Of a stretch of 64,000 nt of DNA, positions 53,798 through 64,000 are shown one piece after another. How positions within the stretch are numbered: position 1 is the stretch's first letter; each line of letters begins with the position of its first letter. Below the pieces are notes generated by a model. That model was not told where the DNA came from, did no database searches, and was given only the letters and a program-made list of their open reading frames with translations. This DNA comes from Eledone cirrhosa (lineage: Eukaryota). The stretch covers positions 35,638-99,637 of the forward strand of contig CAXHJY010000081.1 of NCBI GenBank assembly GCA_964016885.1, read 5' to 3'. Made by a program: the position numbers and the translations under genes.

Positions 53798-53857
53798 TTC
53801 CATTTACCAGTGGTTTCTTAAAAGCAAAAAATGTTGCTTTCAATCCTCAGAATGAAA
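53798..53857 (-). ncRNA. Type I hammerhead ribozyme
   Basis: Reverse complement tttcatt-CTGAGGA-ttgaaagca...tgcttttaa-GAAA-ccactgg-TA-aatggaa: 7-bp stem I and 9-bp stem II. Confidence 0.85.
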
Positions 53858-53927
53858 AAATCCTGGTCTGTTTATTGAATTTTGATTTTTAAATCAAAAA
53901 TGCAATCTATATGAAAGTGAGGCTGTG

Positions 53928-54006
<79 letters not shown>

Positions 54007-54008
<2 letters not shown>

Positions 54009-54116
54009 CCGGGTCTTGAAGTCACATGCGGTAAATCCTATATAAGCTTTGTTGGAGGTGTCCGTCCTTGTGTTGTACTGGTAGATCACATTACGATCTC
54101 TGCATCTGTTGTCGAA
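54007..54116 (-). pseudogene. Penelope-like element GIY-YIG endonuclease fragment
   Basis: FDNRCRDRNVIYQYNTRTDTSNKAYIGFTACDFKTR carries the VIY...YIG.T...F..R signature; (TA)n on both sides. Confidence 0.75.
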
Positions 54117-54152
54117 TATATATATATATATATATAGTTTTAATATAGATGA

Positions 54153-54201
54153 GATTCTACAGGACTAGAACTGTTTCATTCTTTAGAAATCCTCAGGAAT
54201 C
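54153..54201 (-). ncRNA. Type I hammerhead, family A (core CTGAGGA)
   Basis: As 4002-4050, with a substitution only at the free N7 position. Confidence 0.8.
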
Positions 54202-54217
54202 ATTATATATATATAAT

Positions 54218-54405
54218 GGCGGAGGATTGGCAGTATCGGTAGAGGGTCGGACGCCATGCTTTCCAGCATAATTACGTCCCTTTACGATCTGAGTTCAAAT
54301 CCCGCCGAGGTTGACTTTGCCTTTCATCCTTACGGGGTCGATAAAATAAAGTACCAGTAATGCACTGGGTAATTGCTGGCCGTGTGCCTAAAGTAGAAAC
54401 AATTA
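54218..54405 (+). mobile_element. Full-length tRNA-derived SINE copy
   Basis: A box, B box, body and tail all present. Confidence 0.9.
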
Positions 54406-54419
54406 TATATATATATATA

Positions 54420-54737
54420 TAAATGAAGTAACAGGAGGTTGGACTGGTGTAAATCCTTGAAAGGTTTATTATACTCTGATCATTTCAATGACCGGGTTCC
54501 ATATGAATCCGATGATATCATCAGGTATTGGAATATAACAAAGGAATATGTAAAAAGCCATGGGTCCGAAAAACCAGAGACAGAAAGGGCGGACCCATGG
54601 CTTTTATATATTCCTTTGTTATATTCCAATACCTGATGATATCACCGGATTCATACGGAACCCGGTCATTGAAATGATCATAGTATAATAAACTTTTCAA
54701 GGATTTACACCAGTCCAGCCACCCTGTTATTTTATTT
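54420..54737. mobile_element. Family C fold-back element (arms about 148 bp) with a hammerhead in each arm
   Basis: Arms mirror around an approximately 20-nt spacer near 54570-54588, with several mismatches. Confidence 0.8.
54629..54686 (+). ncRNA. Type I hammerhead ribozyme, family C
   Basis: atac-CTGATGA-tat.accgg...ccggt.att-GAAA-tgatca-TA-gtat, followed by aataaa. Confidence 0.8.
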
Positions 54738-54994
54738 ATAATAATTAACTCCGTATGAGCACCACCAACTACACAAACGAAGACGGGTGAACTGCACTAC
54801 GTTGAGTACTCTCCATAATATTACATCAAGATTGACCATACGGAATGACCAGTTCTATCCAGTGGTGAACCAACAAACCTTAAGATATATATATATATAT
54901 ATATATAACTGTACTATCAGTTTTTGTACGTATTTATCTGTTCGAAAATTTTCGTGCCTTTTACATTGAAGGTATTTTTTATACCGATAGTTTC

Positions 54995-55058
<64 letters not shown>

Positions 55059-55143
55059 GAAACTATCGGTATAAAAATTATAGTAGAACATACATACGGT
55101 TATATATATATATATATATATATATGTAATATGTATGGTATAC

Positions 55144-55179
<36 letters not shown>

Positions 55180-55226
55180 GTATACCATACACATATATAT
55201 ATATATATGTGTGTGTGTGTGTATGC

Positions 55227-55264
<38 letters not shown>

Positions 55265-55440
55265 ATATATATATGGATATATGTATGTATATATATATAT
55301 GTATATAATATATATATATATTATATATATATATATGGGGTCGATAAAATAAAGTACCAGTAATACACTGAGTATTGCTGGCCTTGTGCCAAAAGTAGAA
55401 ACAATTATATATATATATACATATATATATTATACATATA

Positions 55441-55481
<41 letters not shown>

Positions 55482-55547
55482 CCACGTATGAATAACAACT
55501 GATGTCGCTAAATCTACTTAGTGCAGCACTTCAAAAGCACAGAGAGT

Positions 55548-56360
55548 GCCATCTCCACCACCATCAATATCTCCACAGACGCCACCACCATCACCATCAC
55601 CCCCCACTGGCATCATCACCCCTACCGCCACCACCACCACCGCCGCCACCGTCACCACCACAGACACCATCACCCCACCGCCAACATCACCATCACCTCC
55701 CACCGCCATCATCACCCCCACCGCCACCATCACCACCACAGTCACCACCACAGACACCATCACCCCACCGCCACCATCACCACCACAGCCACCATCACCC
55801 CCACCTCCACACTCACCACCACTGCCACCATCACCACCACTGCCACCATCACCACCACAGACACCATCACCCCACCGCCACCATCACCCCCATCGCCACC
55901 ATCACCCCCCCACCGACACCATCACTGCCACCGCGACCACCACCGCCACCACAGCCACCATCACCCCCACCGCGACCACCACAGACACCATCACCCCACC
56001 GCCACCATCACCCCCATCGCCACCGTCACCCCCCACCGCCACCATCACCCCCACCGCGACCACCACAGACACCATCACCCCACCGCCACCTTCACCCCCA
56101 TCTCCACCATCACCCCCACCGCGACCACCACAGACCCCCCCCGCCACCACCACAGACCCCCCCCCCGCCACCATCACCCCCACCGCGACCACCACAGACA
56201 CCATCACCCCACCGCCACCATCGCCACCATCACCCACCACAGCCACCATCACCCCCACCGCGACCACCACCCCGACAGACACCATCACCCCACCGCCACC
56301 ATCACCCCCATCGCCACCATCACCCCCCACCGCCACCATCACCACCACCGTCACCACCAC
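55548..56360. repeat. (ACC)/(ATC)-derived complex minisatellite
   Basis: Directly visible. Confidence 0.9.
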
Positions 56361-56649
56361 TAATCTGGCCAATTAATCCTTCCGAAAAATAAAAGGAGTT
56401 TAACAATGCCGCTGACCAAAGAAATCTCCGTCATTCTGTTGGTCACTTCAGGACATTGGCCGCTTTAGTTTGGTTTTCTTTCATTTTATACCTCCTCCTA
56501 CACCCACCCACCTTCCACTATTCTTCTCCCCCCTTTCACTCATCTCCCCCCTTCCACTCCTCTCCCCCCTTCCACTCCTCTTCCTTTTTCTCTCATTCCT
56601 CTTTCACTTCTTCCAACACACTTTTTTCTCACTGTCTTCTCTGTTATTC

Positions 56650-56718
<69 letters not shown>

Positions 56719-57032
56719 TCTTAGTATTAAATACTTGGCCACCCGTTGGGTCACGTTGGGTCACGTTCGCTTCAAAATATCTTTTTAAAAATCATGTTCA
56801 CTTAAAAATCCTTTTTAAATAATTAAAATATACAGACATGTATATAAGGTGAAATGAAACTGGAAGGCCAATATATATATATATACGTGTGTGTATGTGT
56901 GTGTTTGTATACACACATACACACACAGCCGTCGAAACGGCTTGAGCTCTGCCGTCGGGGTCATACTTTTTCCTATATATATATATATATATATATATAT
57001 GGGTGTCTGTGATCTATATACACTGGTCATAG

Positions 57033-57065
<33 letters not shown>

Positions 57066-57546
57066 CATATATATATATACACTCACTCACATATATATAT
57101 ATATATACACAACAAACACCATCAGCTCTCTTGCATTCTCCCTCTCTGTCTCCTCTCCCTCTCTCTATGTCTCTCTTTCAATCTACTCTCTCACAACCAC
57201 CATCCCCCCCCCTCTCTCTCTCTCTCTCTTTCAATCTACTCTCTCACAACCACTATCCCCCACCCCTCTCTCTCTCTCTCTATGAAGTTATCTGGAAAAC
57301 CCCATATCTCGGGGTCCCATGGTCCGATTTACGCGAAACTTCTTTTATTCCATTTGTATTCCCATTTCAGGGTCAATTTCCTTTCAAAGTACTTCCCCAT
57401 TATGGTCCCTTTTGGCTGTATTACATTACAGACAAACAAGCAAGCTATCACAGAGTTTTAGTAATATATATATAGATACACGTATACATAGATATATACA
57501 AACACTATATATAAATATATACACACACGCAACATGTCTCTCTCTC

Positions 57547-57617
<71 letters not shown>

Positions 57618-57619
57618 CA

Positions 57620-60600
57620 ACTAGCTGTCCTCTCTCCCATGTTAGACTAGTCTTTACTAACCATGGGTCTTCTCTCCCATGTGTGACCTGTCTTTAGTTA
57701 CTACATGTTTTTCTTCCCATGTAAGACCAGTCTCTATCTACTGTGGTCCTCTCTCCCATCTAAGACCAGTCTTTATCATCTGTCTGTCCCCTCTCCCAGA
57801 TATGACCAATCTTTATTAACTGTGTGTTCTCTCTCCCATGTAAGACTAGTCTTTAGCAACTGTGTGTCCCCTCTCCCAGATATGACCAATCTTTATTAAC
57901 TGTGTGTTCTCTCTCCCATGTAAGACTAGTCTTTAGCAACTGTGTCCTCTCTCCCATGTAAGACCAGTCTTTAGCAACTGTGTGTCCTCTCTCCCATGTA
58001 AGACCAGTCTTTAGCAACTGTGTGTCCTCTCTCCCATGTAAGACCAGTCTTTAGCTACTGTGTGTCCTCTCTCCCAAGTAAGACCAGTCTTTAGCAACTG
58101 TGTGTCCTCTCTAGCAACTGTGTGTCCTCTCTCCCATGTAAGACCAGTCTTTAGCAACTGTGTGTCTTTCCCATGTAAGACTAATCTTTAGCAACTGTGT
58201 GTCTTCTCTCCCATGTAAGACTAGTCTTTAGCAACTGTGTGTCCTCTCTCCCATGTAAGACTAGTCTCTAGCAACTGTGTGTCCTCTCTCCCATGTAAGA
58301 CCAGTCTCTAGCAACTGTGTGTCCTCTCTCCCATGTTAGACTAGTCTTTACTAACCATGGGTCTTCTCTCCCATGTGTGACCTGTCTTTAGTTACTACAT
58401 GTTTTTCTTCCCATGTAAGACCAGTCTCTATCTACTGTGGTCCTCTCTCCCATCTAAGACCAGTCTTTATCATCTGTCTGTCCCCTCTCCCAGATATGAC
58501 CAATCTTTATTAACTGTGTGTTCTCTCTCCCATGTAAGACTAGTCTTTAGCAACTGTGTGTCCCCTCTCCCAGATATGACCAATCTTTATTAACTGTGTG
58601 TTCTCTCTCCCATGTAAGACTAGTCTTTAGCAACTGTGTGTCCTCTCTCCCATGTAAGACCAGTCTTTAGCAACTGTGTGTCCTCTCTCCCATGTAAGAC
58701 CAGTCTTTAGCAACTGTGTGTCCTCTCTCCCATGTAAGACCAGTCTTTAGCTACTGTGTGTCCTCTCTCCCAAGTAAGACCAGTCTTTAGCAACTGTGTG
58801 TCCTCTCTAGCAACTGTGTGTCCTCTCTCCCATGTAAGACCAGTCTTTAGCAACTGTGTGTCTTTCCCATGTAAGACTAATCTTTAGCAACTGTGTGTCC
58901 TCTCTCCCATGTAAGACTAGTCTCTAGCAACTGTGTGTCCTCTCTCCCATGTAAGACCAGTCTCTAGCAACTGTGTGTCCTCTCTCCCATGTAAGACTAG
59001 TCTCTAGCAACTGTGTGTCCTCTCTCCCATGTAAGACTAGTCTCTAGCAACTGTGTGTCTTCTCTCCCATGTAAGACTAGTCTTTAGCAACTGTGTGTCC
59101 TCTCTCCCATGTAAGACTAGTCTCTAGCAACTGTGTGTCCTCTCTCCCACGTAAGACCAGTCTTTAGCAACTGTGTGTCCTCTCTCCCATGTAAGACCAG
59201 TCTCTAGCAACTGTGTGTCCTCTCTCCCATGTAAGACCAGTCTCTAGCAACTGTGTGTCTTCTCTCCCATGTAAGACTAGTCTCTAGCAACTGTGTGTCC
59301 TCTCTCCCATGTAAGACTAGTCTCTAGCAACTGTGTGTCCTCTCTCCCACGTAAGACTAGTCTTTAGCAACTGTGTGTCCTCTCTCCCATGTAAGACCAG
59401 TCTCTAGCAACTGTGTGTCCTCTCTCCCATGTAAGACCAGTCTCTAGCAACTGTGTGTCCTCTCTCCCATGTAAGACCAGTCTCTAGCAACTGTGTGTCT
59501 TCTCTCCCATGTAAGACTAGTCTCTAGCAACTGTGTGTCCTCTCTCCCATGTAAGACTAGTCTCTAGCAACTGTGTGTCCTCTCTCCCACGTAAGACTAG
59601 TCTTTAGCAATTGTGTGTCCTCTCTCCCATGTAAGACCAGTCTCTAGCAACTGTGTGTCCTCTCTCCCATGTAAGACCAGTCTCTAGCAACTGTGTGTCC
59701 TCTCTCCCATGTAAGACTAGTCTCTAGCAACTGTGTGTCTTTCCCATGTAAGACTAGTCTTTAGCAACTGTGTGTCCTCTCTCCCATGTAAGACCAGTCT
59801 TTAGCAACTGTGTGTCTTTCCCATGTAAGACTAGTCTTTAGCAACTGTGTGTCTTCTCTCCCATGTAAGACCAGTCTCTAGCAACTGTGTGTCCTCTCTC
59901 CCATGTATGACTAGTCTCTAGCAACTGTGTGTCTTCTCTCCCATGTAAGACCAGTCTCTAGCAACTGTGTGTCCTCTCTCCCATGTAAGACTAGTCTCTA
60001 GCAACTGTGTGTCCTCTCTCCCATGTAAGACTAGTCTCTAGCAACTGTGTGTCCTCTCTCCCACGTAAGACTAGTCTTTAGCAACTGTGTGTCCTCTCTC
60101 CCATGTAAGACCAGTCTCTAGCAACTGTGTGTCCTCTCTCCCATGTAAGACCAGTCTTTAGCAACTGTGTGTCCTTTCTCCCATGTAAGACCAGTCTCTA
60201 GCAACTGTGTGTCCTCTCTCCCATGTAAGACCAGTCTCTAGCAACTGTGTGTCCTCTCTCCCATGTAAGACCAGTCTCTAGCAACTGTGTGTCCTCTCTC
60301 CCATGTAAGACTAGTCTCTAGCTACTGTGTGCCCTCTCTCCCATGTAAGACTAGTCTTTAGCAACTGTGTGTCCCCTCTCCCATGTAAGACCAGTCTCTA
60401 GCTACTGTGTGTCCTCTCTCCCATGTAAGACTAGTCTTTAGCAACTGTGTGTCCTCTCTCCCATGTAAGACCAGTCTCTAGCTACTGTGTGTCCTCTCTC
60501 CCATGTAAGACCAGTCTCTAGCAACTGTGTGTCCTCTCTCCCATGTAAGACTAGTCTCTAGCAACTGTGTGTCCTCTCTCCCGTGTAAGACTAGTCTTTA

Positions 60601-60745
60601 TCTACTGTGTGTCCTCTCTCCATGTAAGACCAGTCTTTAGCTACTGTTCTCTCTCCCATATACGACCGGTTTTTTTACTTACTATGTGCTCCTTTTCGCA
60701 TGTAAGACCAATCTTTGCTACTATCTGTCCTCTCCCATATACGAC
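57620..60745. repeat. 40-bp minisatellite (gcaactgtgtgtcctctctcccatgtaagac[c/t]agtct[c/t]ta), about 75 copies, with a 694-bp higher-order duplication
   Basis: Period 40; identical ORFs at 57705 and 58399. Confidence 0.95.
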
Positions 60746-60834
60746 CAGGAACTTGCCCCAATATAAGATGGTCTTAAGTTACTCTGTACCTTGACAAATG
60801 TAAGACCTGGCATTAACAACTCCCCCTCCCTTTT

Positions 60835-61183
<349 letters not shown>

Positions 61184-61806
61184 TCACATATATATATATA
61201 AAGTTAGTTCGACAACTACTTCTACCAATTGTTTATTATACATTAAATATTTAGCTCTGTAACTTATATAGGGCACTCTTCATTCGTCTGACTTTTTCAA
61301 TTTTCAACGGAAACTTCAATACTTATATATATATTAGAAATATAAGCTTTCACCGTATTTTTTACTAAAGAAATTTTAGCCTGATAGTGGGATTTAGAAC
61401 CCTCAGAGAAATGGAAAAAGATGAGTATTGACGTACATGTGAGTCAAACCCACATCTTTGGTTATCCAGACCACTGTGCTACCATTACACCAACACATCA
61501 CCCATCTCCTTACATTCTTAGCAAGTAAATGTCAAGTAAGTGTCAAGTAAGTATGTTTTGAAACAGTGAGCGAGTTTGAAATTAGAAATATAAGCTTTCA
61601 CCGTATTTTTGACTAAAGAAATTTTTAGCCTGATAGTGGGGTTTATATATAAGTGATTCTAAGAGATGAACATGAATGGACCTGTTACTTTATTATTTTA
61701 TTATTTATCAGTAGAATGAACCCTTCATTCTTGCTCTTGTGTTGGTATGATTTATTCTACTGACATGGCTTAAAAGAGGCTGTTTGCATAATTGCAAACG
61801 AATCGA

Positions 61807-62406
61807 AATCCCGCCGAGGTTAACTTTGCCTTTCATCCTTACGGGGTCGATAAAATAAAGTACCAGTAATGCACTGGGTAATTGCTGGCCTTGTGCCAAA
61901 AGTAGAAACAATTATTAATATTCGAAAAACTCAGATTACATTTATGTTTATTTAATACAACGGCAATATAGAAAGGAATTTTAAATATATTTTCAAGGTA
62001 CATAACTCGTATAAAAACACGAAGAGTAATGTCCCTTGAGTTTATGTTAACACTGACTGAATCGCGGTCAAGTGGATTAGTGCTAATGAAAATCAGTAAT
62101 TGAATCAAATGACTCCAACGAGTCATTGCATACGCTAGCAAAACGGGTTTTATAAAGTTACCTCCCTTTGACAGTTTATATATATATATATGTGTGTGTG
62201 TGTATAATGATATATGCTTGCAGTGTTGGATTTCGGCGTTGCTGCCACCCACACTGCGCCAAAACTATGGAAGCTCTCTTTTTTTCTTTCATTCTTTCTT
62301 TCATTCTTTCTCTCACTCTCTCTTTCTCTCACTCTCTCTTTCTCTCACTCTCTCTTTCTCTCTCTCTCTTTCTCTCACTCTCTCTCTTTCTCTCTCTCTC
62401 TCTCTT

Positions 62407-62488
<82 letters not shown>

Positions 62489-62524
62489 ACTCTCTCTCTC
62501 TCTCTCTTTCTTTCTCTCTCTCTT

Positions 62525-62582
<58 letters not shown>

Positions 62583-63090
62583 CTCTTTCTCTCACTCTCA
62601 CTTTCTTTCTCTCTCTCTCTCTCTATATATATAAATAATTGTTTCTACTTTTGGCACAAGGCCAGCAAATACCCAGTGTATTACTGGTACTTTATTTTAT
62701 CGACCCCGTAAGGATGAAAGGCAAAGTTAACTTCGGGGTGAGGGGTGGGTGGATTTGAACTCAGAATGTTAAGGGCCGTAACTCAATGCGTCAAAGCATG
62801 GCGTCCGACTCTACCGATACTGCCACTCCACCGCCCTTAATCTGTATATCTAAAACAGAGAATGTCTGTCTGTCTGACTCCCTAAAACTCGAGAACCACC
62901 CAACTGATTGTTATATATATATTATGCATATTATATATATATTTGAAGCATAGAGTTACGTCCCTTTATGATCTGAGCTCAAATCTCGCCGAGGTTAACT
63001 TTGCCTTTCATCCTTACGGGGTCGATAAAATAAAGTACCAGTAATGTACTGGTTAATTGCTGGCCTTGTGCCAAAAGTAGAAACAATTAT
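61807..63090. mobile_element. Three SINE copies (61807-61917 +, 62636-62835 -, 62945-63090 +) around a (CT)n tract
   Basis: Dominant family body sequence. Confidence 0.85.
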
Positions 63091-63109
63091 ATATATATAT
63101 ATATATATA

Positions 63110-63311
63110 AGTTTTAATATAGATGAGATTCTACAGGACTAGAACTGTTTCATTCTTTAGAAATCATCAGGAATCTCTGAGATTCCTGATGATTTCTAAG
63201 AATGAAACAGTTCTAGTCCTGTAGAATCTCATCTATATTAAAACTTTTATACTCTGCAATGTATTGAGTACCTTACTTACTGTGGTTACCTCCGATTCAA
63301 CCCGGAATAAC

Positions 63312-63313
<2 letters not shown>
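63110..63313. mobile_element. Family A fold-back element with opposed hammerheads (63125-63177 on -, 63179-63230 on +)
   Basis: Reverse orientation of the 42581 element; both ribozymes have a 7-bp stem I. Confidence 0.85.
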
Positions 63314-63353
<40 letters not shown>

Positions 63354-63469
63354 GTGTGTGTGAAATATTTCCGTAGGAAGGGTAAAGGAAAGGAGAGTGC
63401 TCTATGTAAACTACAGAGCTATTTAGTTATGTAATAAACAACATAAGACATAAGAATGAAACATGTTTA

Positions 63470-63534
63470 ATTCTGATGAGCGATTTCAGACGTCTGTGTC
63501 GAACTCGTCTGTCTTGCTGAAACCTTTGGTAAAT
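63470..63534 (+). ncRNA. Hammerhead motif inside 27-bp inverted repeats (63424-63569)
   Basis: att-CTGATGA-gcga..cagacg...cgtctg..ttgc.t-GAAA-cctttgg-TA-aat. The 3' flank is shared with the 53798 ribozyme. Confidence 0.6.
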
Positions 63535-63815
63535 GGAATAATTGTCTTATGTTGTTTATTACATAACTATATATATAGATTTCTTTATTATTTCATAACT
63601 ATATATATATAACTCCCTTTTACTCTTTTACCTGTGCCAGCCATCCGGCTGAGGCCATGCTGGGGCACCGCCCTTGTTGCTACACATTTTATTTCCAGCC
63701 TGTATTGGTTGGCCACTGGTGTAAGAGGGAGTTCGCTGCTGCTGCCCTTAGGTTTTAACGCTGGTGAATCCTTAACGAGGCCTCTTCGGATTTTAGTCTT
63801 CACATTTATTATTAT

Positions 63816-63849
<34 letters not shown>

Positions 63850-64000
63850 CATAGCAAAATCGATATAATTCTTCTTTCAGTTCTTTCGCCCCCCTATCTT
63901 TCTCCCCCCCCTATCTTTCTCCCCCCCCTATCTCTCCCCCCCTATCTCTCTCTCTCTCCTCCCCCTATCTCTCTCTCCTCCCCTATCTCTCTCTCTCTCT

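Noticed and set aside
53479-53843. N-terminal part of the 385-aa ORF
   Set aside because: Read-through of (TA)n/(TACA)n and a hammerhead island; only 52686-53478 is real retroelement coding sequence.
57620-60745. CRISPR-like regular array (also the 79-, 98- and 105-bp arrays)
   Set aside because: Units are contiguous with no unique spacers, no cas genes are present, and the context is eukaryotic.

Overview
This is repeat-saturated eukaryotic DNA. The abundant tRNA-derived SINE families and the (TA)n/(CA)n/(GA)n load suggest a coleoid cephalopod, probably an octopod; that is inference from recalled repeat sequences, not a search result. No intact protein-coding gene is recognisable, and nearly all long ORFs are microsatellite artefacts. 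Real coding remnants belong to retroelements: RTE-like 3' fragments, CRE-like and R4/Dong-like restriction-like-endonuclease (RLE) C-termini, and a Penelope-type GIY-YIG fragment. A few possible small exons are also present. The main hidden signal is about 22 type I hammerhead-ribozyme motifs from roughly 10 sequence families, read by eye. Most lie in short elements beside or within (TA)n tracts, often fold-back or flanked by inverted repeats, consistent with Penelope-like pseudo-LTR derivatives. They include back-to-back sense/antisense ribozyme pairs, palindromic stem III loops, a U3-A8 core variant and a recurrent U-U at the base of stem II. Several minisatellites arose by tandem amplification of retroelement segments. 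Coordinates were counted by hand and may be off by a few bases.
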